Origin: Candidatus Firestoneibacteriota bacterium
Lineage (GTDB): Bacteria > Oederibacteriota > D2-FULL-39-29 > JBBTED01
NCBI GenBank assembly: GCA_038042445.1
Contig: JBBTED010000115.1
Location: 1-11,436, forward strand
Length of the DNA: 11,436 nucleotides
Reading direction: 5' to 3'
The position numbers and the translations under genes were made by a program. The notes below the pieces were generated by a model. The model was not told where the DNA came from. It did no database searches and saw only the letters and a list, made by a program, of their open reading frames with translations. Of the stretch, positions 1-8,159 are shown piece by piece; within the stretch, counting starts at the first letter, position 1, and each line of letters opens with the position of its first letter.

Positions 1-1813
1 CATAACTATCTGAACTTGTTGTCCACATCTGCCATGCCCCAGGCTGCACTCCTTCTGTTCTCGACACTGCTACTGCAAACCGCTCCCCTTCGCTTTGTGC
101 TTGTACTATATTCCCTGCTACATCGTATAGCTCATAGTCAACCCACCAGATGCCTTTAGAGGCAGTAGCTCCTACACCATAATTCACCGTCATTGCGAGG
201 GCAGAACCCGAAGCAATCTCTATTGCCTGCTCCTGCGTTGTCACAACATTCCTATCTGGGTCTAAAATTGTGAATTTTACTTTGCTCGCATTCGCCTGCG
301 TCTCTCCTTCTACTTGATTATACTTCACTTCAACTGGCACGCTCATGCTTTCCCCTGGCTTCACTGTTTGTATTGCCTTCTCCGGCTCCTTCGCCCACGA
401 AATCATATCTCGCACTAACGCTATTTCCTCTGTTGATGCCTGACTATGCCCATAAGCCCAATCTGTATACATTGATGACACCACTACCTTGCCCTCACCA
501 TACGAATACATCAACATACTCGGATACAAGTTCTTCGTTCTTCTCAGCAACACTGTTGCATCCCCTGGCCACTTCGTAAAATACCCGTCCACATTCACAT
601 TCGGTGTATTCGTTGTTTGCCCCGCAAACATCGGATGCTCTGTTGTAATTGACACACTCGCATTCTGACAGTTCTGATCCTCCAACCAACCATAAGCACT
701 TATCTCGTCCCCACAAGGCAACACATTGAAATCATATCCGTGTTGTTGTGAAAACACCACAAGTGTTCCTCCTGCCTTCACATACTCCTCAAGCTGTACC
801 TTGAAAAAATTTGAATCACTTAAACCATATAATCCACCACTTGGTATTACTAATATCGGCTGATTGCCTGCTATATCTGAGGAAGAAAAATTTATAAATA
901 TTTCCCGCACAGGTTCTGGAAATGTATTAACAAGATTATTGCTTGAACTACTATAACCAGTTTGTAGAATTGCTACATCAGCTACTGTTTCATACTCTTG
1001 CCAAAATAATTCTTGATTACTACCAAAACTTATATATAACTTGGAAATCTGCAATTCAAGATTATTAAGATAACTCTGATTTGCTATTGAATTATCTGGA
1101 AGATTTTCAAAATATGTATTTCTTTCCTCTACAAGCTTTAAAAATTTATAGTAATTTATAACGTTAATTTTATTCTTCTTTACTGCAAGTCTGTAATATG
1201 TATCATCTAAATTTATTGCTGCAAAATTACTGTCTGCTACAGAAAATGTCTCATCAGGATGACCTCCACCAGGACCAAATGCTGAACCAACACCAGCTAT
1301 TCCACTACCACCTGTAGCACCACTTTGAGGCTTATAACCAGTAAGAGAATTTAATGGATTTAGGAACGTTCCATTTTTGCGAATTTCAAAATGTAGATGA
1401 TGCCCAGTAGATCGTCCTGTGCTATCGATTTTACCTAATTCTTGCCCTTTGTCAACTCTAACACCTTCTGTTATTTTTCCATTAATACTTTCTAAATGAG
1501 CATATACAGTTTCATAACCATCACTATGTTTAATAACAACAGCTTTACCATAAGTAGTACTTTCAATTTTATCATAAACTTTAATCACTTCTCCACCTAC
1601 TGATGCATAAGCATTTTGCCCTTTAATTAAACCTGCTGATTTACCTACGATATCAAGCCCATTATGTGGATCAGGTTTTGGTTGCAATGTCCTTGAATAA
1701 TATTTGAAATTAGTATCTACAGGATCTCCAAAATCAAGTGCAAGCACCTTGTTATATACACTAAATATCAGTAAAAAAAGAACACTAATAATTTTTATAC
1801 TCTTGGATTTCAT
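1..1813 (-). CDS. Large exported multidomain protein, 3'-truncated by the window edge: signal peptide, M23 family Zn metallopeptidase, Gly-rich linker, class I glutamine-amidotransferase-like domain, Ig-like domain
   Basis: Not in the ORF track because it has no stop in the window. Hand translation from ATG 1813 (alternative 1816; AGGAGG at 1819-1824) gives 604 sense codons to the edge: MKSKSIKIISVLFLLIFSVYNKVLA (signal peptide), then PHNGLDI...YGKAVVIKHSDGYETVYAHL...GVRVDKGQELGKIDSTGRSTGHHLHFEIRKNGTFLNP (M23 HxxxD and HxH motifs, ~1345-1670), GATGGSGIAGVGSAFGPGGG, then PILVIPSGGLYGL...QLEEYVKAGGTLVVFSQ...HPMFAG...YSYGEGKVVVSS...ALVRDMISWA (GATase-like pattern, ~385-980), then VKFTILDPDRNVV...GIWWVDYELYD. 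Confidence 0.92.
   Translation of the reverse strand, partial: MKSKSIKIISVLFLLIFSVYNKVLALDFGDPVDTNFKYYSRTLQPKPDPHNGLDIVGKSAGLIKGQNAYASVGGEVIKVYDKIESTTYGKAVVIKHSDGYETVYAHLESINGKITEGVRVDKGQELGKIDSTGRSTGHHLHFEIRKNGTFLNPLNSLTGYKPQSGATGGSGIAGVGSAFGPGGGHPDETFSVADSNFAAINLDDTYYRLAVKKNKINVINYYKFLKLVEERNTYFENLPDNSIANQSYLNNLELQISKLYISFGSNQELFWQEYETVADVAILQTGYSSSSNNLVNTFPEPVREIFINFSSSDIAGNQPILVIPSGGLYGLSDSNFFKVQLEEYVKAGGTLVVFSQQHGYDFNVLPCGDEISAYGWLEDQNCQNASVSITTEHPMFAGQTTNTPNVNVDGYFTKWPGDATVLLRRTKNLYPSMLMYSYGEGKVVVSSMYTDWAYGHSQASTEEIALVRDMISWAKEPEKAIQTVKPGESMSVPVEVKYNQVEGETQANASKVKFTILDPDRNVVTTQEQAIEIASGSALAMTVNYGVGATASKGIWWVDYELYDVAGNIVQAQSEGERFAVAVSRTEGVQPGAWQMWTTSSDSY
189..220. repeat. Half of a GTCATTGCGAG...CGAAGCAATCTC palindromic element, in frame within the CDS
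   Basis: The sequence gtcattgcgagggcagaacccgaagcaatctc has paired ATTGC/GCAAT and GGG/CCC arms and reads EIASGSALAMT on the coding strand. The termini match, from my recall, a widespread bacterial palindromic repeat family. Confidence 0.65.
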
Positions 1814-1822
1814 CATAACCTC

Positions 1823-2983
1823 CTAATAAACTTGATAATAAAGAATTTTGTGTTCCTCGTATATATGCACTAATAGATATTTACCATCTTTTGTAAGAAA
1901 TATACCAACTCTACCATCAGTATTAATCACTCCCGCAGACATTTCTAATAATTTATCTTCCTGAACATCAATAATAAACAGATTATTATTTAACATATCT
2001 CCTACTTTTTTACCTACAACCACTACAAATCGTCCATCATAAGACAGCTCCAGTAAATAAGATGTTTCACGAATTGGAGATTTTATCATAGATAAAGCAG
2101 CCTGAATAGAATATTCTTTTATAGTAGCTTTCTGTGGCAGATTCATAAGAGTAATTTTATCTGTATAAAGCATTAATAAACTTTTACCATCTCCAGAAAG
2201 AACTCCAAAACCTTCAATTACAACATTACCATTTTTATCATAAACCATACCGTTATGCCTTATTTCTGAATAATTATAAGGACAGATAGATATATAATTA
2301 GCATTTTCTGAAATTGATACTATACCTTCAGTATATGGCCTCTCCCATAACATATTCCCAGATTTATCAAAAAGACGCAATTTGTAAAAGGGATTACTAG
2401 AAAGTGCAATATAATTAGAATCAGGAGAAAAAATAATGTTGTCATCACCTGAGTTATTACTATAATTCCACAATATATTTCCTATTGAATTCATTAATAC
2501 AAAGTCTCCTTCTGGGCCTTCACCAGCACCAGCACCAGCAGCAATTAGTTGCCCATTAGGTGATAAATACAGCATTCCTCCCACTTCTTTATTCCAAAGT
2601 TCTTTACCTTTTTTAGTGACATAATGCACTTTATGATTCCAACCAAATTCCTGTAAATTTATGTTATTATTCCAGACATATTCCTCTGTCCATGCAGTTA
2701 CATAAATAATATAATTGCCATCCTCAGAAATACCTATTTCAAGTGGTTGTCTATCTACTTTTGGTCCCCAATGAAATCTTTCATTCCCACCTTTATCATA
2801 AAGGATAATTTGTTTGCTCCATTTAGAACTTAAAATTATATCACCACTTACTCCTGCCATTTGCAAATCTGTAATCGCAAATGGCAGTTTTTTCTCCCAC
2901 AATAGTTTTAGTTGCAATGCCTCTGCTTTTATCGTAAACATCATAACAAAATTTATCACCATTACTATTATAGTCTTAAACAT
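1823..2983 (-). CDS. Secreted beta-propeller protein (WD40/YVTN/PQQ-like blades)
   Basis: 386 aa. N-terminal signal peptide ending in AEA. Repeated blade motifs: ISEDGNYI, LSPNGQLI, FSPDSNYI, ISENANYI, LSGDGKSL, LSYDGRFV, LTKDGKYL, plus G-x-x-LW motifs. RBS AGGGGG at ~2992-2997. Its TAG stop overlaps the RBS of the next gene. Confidence 0.85.
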   Translation of the reverse strand: MFKTIIVMVINFVMMFTIKAEALQLKLLWEKKLPFAITDLQMAGVSGDIILSSKWSKQIILYDKGGNERFHWGPKVDRQPLEIGISEDGNYIIYVTAWTEEYVWNNNINLQEFGWNHKVHYVTKKGKELWNKEVGGMLYLSPNGQLIAAGAGAGEGPEGDFVLMNSIGNILWNYSNNSGDDNIIFSPDSNYIALSSNPFYKLRLFDKSGNMLWERPYTEGIVSISENANYISICPYNYSEIRHNGMVYDKNGNVVIEGFGVLSGDGKSLLMLYTDKITLMNLPQKATIKEYSIQAALSMIKSPIRETSYLLELSYDGRFVVVVGKKVGDMLNNNLFIIDVQEDKLLEMSAGVINTDGRVGIFLTKDGKYLLVHIYEEHKILYYQVY

Positions 2984-3005
2984 AATTTTTACCCCCTACT
3001 GTAAA

Positions 3006-3070
3006 TCAGACACCAGACTACAGACCATAAATACATTTTTTTAGTCTAAAATCTGATGTCTAATGTCCGA
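3006..3070 (-). repeat. Inverted arrays of 7-nt units (core CAGAC/GTCTG) forming a long imperfect stem
   Basis: mRNA sense: TCGGACA TTAGACA TCAGATT TTAGACT ... TGGTCTG TAGTCTG GTGTCTG A. Most arm mismatches are G-U pairs on the minus strand. Confidence 0.7.
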
Positions 3071-3072
3071 AT

Positions 3073-3186
3073 TTATCCCTGACGCTGCTTATGTGTAGGT
3101 TCTTTACATATTACTCGAACTACACCTTTGCGTTTTATAACTTTGCACTTATCACAAATCTTTTTTACGGATGCTCTAACTTTCAT
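3073..3186 (-). CDS. rpmJ: 50S ribosomal protein L36 (Zn-ribbon type)
   Basis: Not in the ORF track (37 aa). Hand translation gives [37 protein letters not shown]. Its start overlaps the infA stop (ATGA). Confidence 0.98.
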   Translation of the reverse strand: MKVRASVKKICDKCKVIKRKGVVRVICKEPTHKQRQG

Positions 3187-3401
3187 TTTTGTCTATATGT
3201 TATTCTTCCTCTTGTCAAATCATACGGAGAAAGTTCTACTGTAACTTTATCTCCAGGAAGAATTTTTATAAAATGCATTCTCATTTTACCGCAAATATGT
3301 GCCAAAACTTTATGTCCACCCTCTATTTCAACACGAAACATTGCATTTGGCAAAGCTTCTAATATCGTTCCCTGAACTTCAATTGCTCCTTCTTTTGGCA
3401 T
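3183..3401 (-). CDS. infA: Translation initiation factor IF-1
   Basis: 72 aa with [10 protein letters not shown]...[33 protein letters not shown]. Canonical position between map and rpmJ. Confidence 0.99.
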   Translation of the reverse strand: MPKEGAIEVQGTILEALPNAMFRVEIEGGHKVLAHICGKMRMHFIKILPGDKVTVELSPYDLTRGRITYRQK

Positions 3402-3436
3402 AAATTTTCATAACTACAAACAACAAACTACTTATA

Positions 3437-3459
3437 GCAAGGCTAAAGCCTTGCCCTAC
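3437..3459 (-). repeat. GTAG-type REP-like hairpin in the map-infA spacer
   Basis: Minus strand GTAG-G-GCAAGGCT-TT-AGCCTTGC: a perfect 8-bp inverted repeat preceded by GTAG, with no U-tract after it. Confidence 0.7.
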
Positions 3460-3466
3460 ATAAACT

Positions 3467-4213
3467 TCATATTTGTGTTAGTATTTCAGTTTTATCTTCT
3501 AAAATTACAACTGTATGTTCAAAATGTGCTGATGGCAACTTATCTTTAGTAACTGCTGTCCATCCATCCTTTAGAATTTCAACATCCAAACAACCTAAAT
3601 TCACCATTGGTTCAATAGCTAAAACCATTCCTGGCTTTAAACGTGGTCCCTGCTCTTTTTTACCAAAATTAGGTACCTGTGGTTCCTCATGAACAGATTT
3701 TCCAATTCCATGTCCTACAAAATCACGCACTACTGAAAATCCATTGCTCTCAACAAAAGTCTGAACTGCATTAGAAATATCTCCAACTCTGTTACCATCT
3801 TTTGCTTCATTAATTCCTAAATATAATGCCTTTTTAGTTACATCCATAAGTTTTCTTTTTTTTTCATTTATTTTACCAACAGCAAATGTTTCTGATACAT
3901 CCCCACAATAACCTTTATAATTAACACCTATATCAAGACTAATAATATCGCCTTCTTCCAATTTTCGGTATGAAGGTATTCCATGTACAACAACCTCATT
4001 CACAGATGTACATATACTTGCAGGATACCCATTATACCCTTTAAATGCAGAAATTGCACCTCGTTTTTTAATCTCACATTCTGCAATTTTTTCAAGTTCA
4101 AGTGTAGTTACTCCAACTTTTACTTCTTTTGAAAGAACATTTAAAATTTCAGCCGCAATACGATTACCTATACGCAATATAGCAATCTCATCACGAGATT
4201 TTAACATTATCAT
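3467..4213 (-). CDS. map: Methionine aminopeptidase type I
   Basis: Motifs SVNEVVVHGIP, DIG, GD, GHGIG, HEEPQVPN, AIEPM and AHFEHT. Synteny with adk and infA. Confidence 0.99.
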   Translation of the reverse strand: MIMLKSRDEIAILRIGNRIAAEILNVLSKEVKVGVTTLELEKIAECEIKKRGAISAFKGYNGYPASICTSVNEVVVHGIPSYRKLEEGDIISLDIGVNYKGYCGDVSETFAVGKINEKKRKLMDVTKKALYLGINEAKDGNRVGDISNAVQTFVESNGFSVVRDFVGHGIGKSVHEEPQVPNFGKKEQGPRLKPGMVLAIEPMVNLGCLDVEILKDGWTAVTKDKLPSAHFEHTVVILEDKTEILTQI

Positions 4214-4869
4214 TACTGTAAATCAAGTATATCAAAGATTTTTTTCGATACAACAGGAATTCCACCTTCACCACTTATTTCTCGCAACAATTTAAGTTGT
4301 GTATAATAATCAAGTAGTGGCTGAGTTTGCTTCTTATATACTTCAAGACGATTCAGAACAACTTCTTTTTTATCATCATTTCTTTGATATAATTTCCCTC
4401 CACACTTATCACAAACACCTGAGACTTTTGAAGGAAGTGTATTGCTGTTAAAATTTGCACCACATTTTTCGCACAATTGACGTCCTGTTAATCTATTGAT
4501 TAATACTTCTTGTGATACTTGCAAATTAATAACTATCAGTTGCCTTACGGCAACCGCTACATTATTATTTAAAATTTCGTTCAAAGATTCTGCTTGTTCA
4601 ACAGTTCGTGGAAAACCATCTAGAATAAATCCATTTTTACAATCATTAAAAGACAATCGTTCTTGGACAATATTTAGTATTAAATCATCCGTAACAAGCT
4701 CGCCTTTATCCATATAAGTTTTTGCTTTTAACCCAAGATTAGTTCTGTCCTTAACTGCCTGCCTCAAAATATCACCTGTAGAAATTTTAGGAACATTGTG
4801 TTTCTTTGTTATTTCCTCTGCAAATGTTCCCTTTCCAGAACCCGGCGCACCAAGTAAAATTATAATCAT
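4213..4869 (-). CDS. adk: Adenylate kinase with Zn-binding LID
   Basis: P-loop GAPGSGKGT, ISTGDILR, GFILDGFPRT and LID CEKC...CDKC. The likely start is ATG 4869 (MIIILLG) rather than the GTG at 4890, which lies inside secY. Confidence 0.98.
   Translation of the reverse strand: MIIILLGAPGSGKGTFAEEITKKHNVPKISTGDILRQAVKDRTNLGLKAKTYMDKGELVTDDLILNIVQERLSFNDCKNGFILDGFPRTVEQAESLNEILNNNVAVAVRQLIVINLQVSQEVLINRLTGRQLCEKCGANFNSNTLPSKVSGVCDKCGGKLYQRNDDKKEVVLNRLEVYKKQTQPLLDYYTQLKLLREISGEGGIPVVSKKIFDILDLQ
4539..4560 (-). repeat. GTAG-preceded hairpin in frame inside adk
   Basis: Minus strand GTAG-CG-GTTGCC-GTAA-GGCAAC. It is a GC-rich patch in AT-rich DNA and encodes VAVAVRQL. Confidence 0.5.
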
Positions 4870-4876
4870 TATTTTA

Positions 4877-6181
4877 TTAAAATGCACCACGTGATTTAAT
4901 TTTACCCTGTTTCATAAAACCTTCATAATGACGCATCAAAAGATGTGACTCTATTTGTTTCATCGTATCCATTGCAACACCAACAACAATAAGCAAAGAA
5001 GTTCCACCAAAATAAAAAGGAATGTTTATTTTTCGCATAACAATATCAGGCACAATTGCTATAATCACTACAGCTAAAGCACCAACCAATGTTACTCTTG
5101 TCAATATTTTATCTATAAACTCTGCTGTTGGTTGACCAGGCCTAACCCCTGGAATAAACCCTCCATATTTTTTAATATTTTCAGCTATATCAACTGGATT
5201 AAATACTATTGCAGTATAGAAATAACAAAAAAATACTATTAAAACAAAATACAGTGTTTCATGCAAAAATGCCCCTGGAGAAAGCCATTCTGCTATTTTT
5301 TCTGTAAATACATTATTTGTAATAAATTTTGCTATAGTTGCAGGAAACATCACAACTGATGAAGCAAAAATTATAGCAATAACTCCTGAATGATTAACTT
5401 TAAGTGGAAGATAAGTACTCTGCCCACCATAAACACGTCTACCTACAATTCTTTGTGCATATTGAACAGGAATTTTTCTATTACCAGCTTCTATAAAAAC
5501 AACAAATGCAACAAGTGCAAGAACTCCTGTTAATACAAATAAAGTTAGAAACAGTGATAGTTCACCTTGCAATACTAATTTCGTTGTATTTATTATTTCC
5601 TGAGGTACACGTGCTACAATACCTGCAAATATTAACATACTAATTCCGTTTCCTATTCCTCTTTCCGTTATCTGTTCTCCAAGCCACATTAAAAACATAG
5701 TACCTGTAGTAAGTGTCAAAACAGTCATAATTTGGAATGAAAGCCCCCAATTTATTACTATATTTTTACCCACATTGTGCATCATATATGTCATTCCAAA
5801 ACCTTGTATAGCGCATAATACAACTGTTCCGTATCGTGTATATTGAGTTATTTTTTTTCTTCCAATATCCCCTTCTTTAGCAAGACGCTCCAAAGCAGGA
5901 ATAACAGCTGTTAAAAGCTGCATAATTATTGATGTGCTTATATACGGCATAATACCCAATGCACACACAGAAAATGTTCTAAATGCACCACCTGAAAATA
6001 AATCCAGCAACCCTAAAATACCACCTGCTTGTGATTTGAAAAATTCATTTAAAGCATGAGCATCTATACCGGGTGTTGGAATATGCGAACCCAATCTATA
6101 AATAGCCAAAGCACCAAGTGTAAATAAAACTTTTTTCTTTAACTCTGGAATTTTAAATATATTGACAAAAGCTTCAAGCAT
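4877..6181 (-). CDS. secY: Preprotein translocase subunit SecY
   Basis: 434 aa polytopic membrane protein with LGIMPYIS, WLGEQITERGIGNGIS, FIPGVRPG and GGTSLLIVVGV motifs. Confidence 0.99.
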   Translation of the reverse strand: MLEAFVNIFKIPELKKKVLFTLGALAIYRLGSHIPTPGIDAHALNEFFKSQAGGILGLLDLFSGGAFRTFSVCALGIMPYISTSIIMQLLTAVIPALERLAKEGDIGRKKITQYTRYGTVVLCAIQGFGMTYMMHNVGKNIVINWGLSFQIMTVLTLTTGTMFLMWLGEQITERGIGNGISMLIFAGIVARVPQEIINTTKLVLQGELSLFLTLFVLTGVLALVAFVVFIEAGNRKIPVQYAQRIVGRRVYGGQSTYLPLKVNHSGVIAIIFASSVVMFPATIAKFITNNVFTEKIAEWLSPGAFLHETLYFVLIVFFCYFYTAIVFNPVDIAENIKKYGGFIPGVRPGQPTAEFIDKILTRVTLVGALAVVIIAIVPDIVMRKINIPFYFGGTSLLIVVGVAMDTMKQIESHLLMRHYEGFMKQGKIKSRGAF

Positions 6182-6656
6182 AGTTTTCTATTGTTCCACC
6201 GGCTGCTTCTATTTTCTGTTTTGCAGATTTACTAAACTTGTGTATTTTTATTTTAAATGGTTTTGTAACATCTCCATCACCTAATAATTTTATACTTTTA
6301 GTATCTTTAATAAGACCACTTTTCAGCAAACTATCCGGTGTTATCTCTTCCAAACCAGTAAATTTTTTATCTAAATCACGTAAATTAACTATTTGTTGCT
6401 CCACTCTAAAAGGATTTTTAAATCCACGTTTTGGTGTCCTTCTAATAAGAGGCATCCTTCCACCTTCAAATCCTGGACTCCTGCTATAACCTGAACGAGA
6501 CTTCTGACCTTTATGTCCCTTACCACTAGTTTTGCCATGCCCAGAACCAGTTCCTCTACCTATCCTCTTTTTGTTTTTTTTAGCACCTTTATTCCATTTT
6601 AAATTTGAAAGCATATTCATACTTTCAGTTGTAGCTACACCATTACCATTGGTCAT
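6174..6656 (-). CDS. rplO: 50S ribosomal protein L15
   Basis: [26 protein letters not shown]...GFEGG...PKRGF. The start is uncertain: ATG 6656 overlaps the rpsE stop, and internal Met13 or Met15 are alternatives. Confidence 0.97.
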   Translation of the reverse strand: MTNGNGVATTESMNMLSNLKWNKGAKKNKKRIGRGTGSGHGKTSGKGHKGQKSRSGYSRSPGFEGGRMPLIRRTPKRGFKNPFRVEQQIVNLRDLDKKFTGLEEITPDSLLKSGLIKDTKSIKLLGDGDVTKPFKIKIHKFSKSAKQKIEAAGGTIENYA

Positions 6657-7126
6657 ATCTTTACCTCTTTTGTCTCTTCTTTTTTGAGCATTGACAATGC
6701 CATCATTGTAACCTTCACTAAATTATGTGGATTACTAGAACCTATACATTTTGTCAAAACATCAGTAATACCAGCAAGATCCATTATTGCCCTAACTGTA
6801 CTACCTGCTATTACTCCAGTTCCTCGTGAAGCAGGTCTTAAAATTATTTTTGAAGCACCGTATTTAAATTCAATTTCATGAGTAATCGTTGTTCCTTTCA
6901 TAGGTATTGGTATAACATTTTTTTTAGCATCTTCAATACCTTTTCTAATCGCATCGCCTATTTCATTTGCTTTGCCAAGACCAGTTCCAACATTACCATT
7001 TTTGTCTCCAACTACAACTACTGCACTAAAACTAAAACGTTTGCCACCTTTTACAACCTTTGCAACACGTTTTATCGAAACAGTACGTTCTTCAAACTGT
7101 GTATTCCCTATATCAATTCTTCTCAT
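6653..7126 (-). CDS. rpsE: 30S ribosomal protein S5
   Basis: [22 protein letters not shown]...GKANE...[12 protein letters not shown]. Confidence 0.99.
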   Translation of the reverse strand: MRRIDIGNTQFEERTVSIKRVAKVVKGGKRFSFSAVVVVGDKNGNVGTGLGKANEIGDAIRKGIEDAKKNVIPIPMKGTTITHEIEFKYGASKIILRPASRGTGVIAGSTVRAIMDLAGITDVLTKCIGSSNPHNLVKVTMMALSMLKKEETKEVKI

Positions 7127-7137
7127 AATTTTCTATT

Positions 7138-7205
7138 TATGGTCCGTATTTTTTCACCGGACTATAATGTTTTGTTTATGGTCTGTCTTCTTTCACCAGA
7201 CCATA
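7138..7205. repeat. Two tandem 29-nt hairpin units (7138-7166, 7177-7205)
   Basis: tatggtccg-tattttttcac-cggactata and tatggtctg-tcttctttcac-cagaccata, period 39. Same family as 8160-8268. Confidence 0.9.
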
Positions 7206-7220
7206 TTTTTTTACCTAATT

Positions 7221-7583
7221 TTAAAATTTTAGGCCCGCATTTCTTGCCGAATCAGCAAGTTCTTTTATGCGACCATGATAAAGATATCCAGACCTATCAA
7301 AAACTACTTTTATTATTTCTTTTTTTAACAATTTCTTTGCCATTAATTCACCAAGAGCTTTTGCAGCAGAAATATTTTTTGTACTGGTCAATTTTCCTTT
7401 TAACTCAGGAGAATATGTAGCACAACCGGTTATTACCTTCCCAGTTTCATCATCTACTGCCTGAACACTTATATGCTTTTGACTCCTAAAAACACATAAT
7501 CTCGGAACATTCATTGTTCCAAATATTTTCTTCCTTATTCTTATATGTCTTTTTTTCTGTGCAATTTTTTTATCAGTTTTCAT
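7221..7583 (-). CDS. rplR: 50S ribosomal protein L18
   Basis: RHIRIRKKIFGT..PRLCVFRS...VVFDRSGYLYHGRIKELADSARNAGLKF. Confidence 0.99.
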   Translation of the reverse strand: MKTDKKIAQKKRHIRIRKKIFGTMNVPRLCVFRSQKHISVQAVDDETGKVITGCATYSPELKGKLTSTKNISAAKALGELMAKKLLKKEIIKVVFDRSGYLYHGRIKELADSARNAGLKF

Positions 7584-7590
7584 TTGATAT

Positions 7591-8148
7591 CTATTTCCCT
7601 CCAGTACCTGCCGTAATTGCAGCTTTACCTACTTTTTTCCTTACATATTCATTTGTATATCGTATTCCTGTCCCTTTATAAGGCTCTGGTGGCCTAACTG
7701 CCCTGATTTTAGCAGTAAATTCACCAAGAAGCTGTTTGTCACTCCCAGATAAAGTTATTGCAGTCTGCTTCTCTACTTTTATTGTAATTCCCTGTGGTAT
7801 ATTAAATACTACTGGATGTGTAAAACCAACTTGCAAAGTAAATTTATCATTTTCAACAAAAGCTTTAAATCCTATTCCAATTATTGCTAATGTTTTCTGA
7901 AATCCCACTGTAACCCCATCAATCATATTAGAAATATTAGCTCTCGTAACACCATGTAAAGATTTATGGAGTTTATTCTCAGTTGGTCGTTTTACAAATA
8001 TTTTACCATCAGATATTGAAACTGTAATATCAGAATGTATATTATAGGTAAGTTTACCTTTAGGTCCATCAATTGTAATTAATTGACCTTTTATATCTAC
8101 TTTTACACCCGATGATATTACTATTACTTTATTTCCTATTCTAGACAT
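7591..8148 (-). CDS. rplF: 50S ribosomal protein L6
   Basis: MSRIGNK...GPKGKL...RPPEPYKGTGIRY..E.VRKKVGK. Confidence 0.99.
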   Translation of the reverse strand: MSRIGNKVIVISSGVKVDIKGQLITIDGPKGKLTYNIHSDITVSISDGKIFVKRPTENKLHKSLHGVTRANISNMIDGVTVGFQKTLAIIGIGFKAFVENDKFTLQVGFTHPVVFNIPQGITIKVEKQTAITLSGSDKQLLGEFTAKIRAVRPPEPYKGTGIRYTNEYVRKKVGKAAITAGTGGK

Positions 8149-8159
8149 AATTTTCTATT

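Noticed and set aside
373..716. Track ORFs 373..579 (+) and 495..716 (-, Cys-rich)
   Set aside because: Shadow or alternate frames of the long minus-strand CDS 1..1813, which has recognisable domains.
2521..2543. Short caccag tandem repeat
   Set aside because: Simply encodes AAGAGAGE within the propeller; no sign of a phase-variable tract.
4870..4890. adk start at GTG 4890
   Set aside because: Lies inside secY. ATG 4869 gives the canonical Adk N-terminus directly before the P-loop.
2814..7420. Plus-strand ORFs 2814..3044, 3091..3375, 4496..4717, 6238..6489, 6684..6881, 6878..7420, 6972..7232
   Set aside because: Antisense to well-supported genes, with no recognisable motifs. The repeated LWSVFFH peptide in 6972..7232 is just the translated hairpin repeat.
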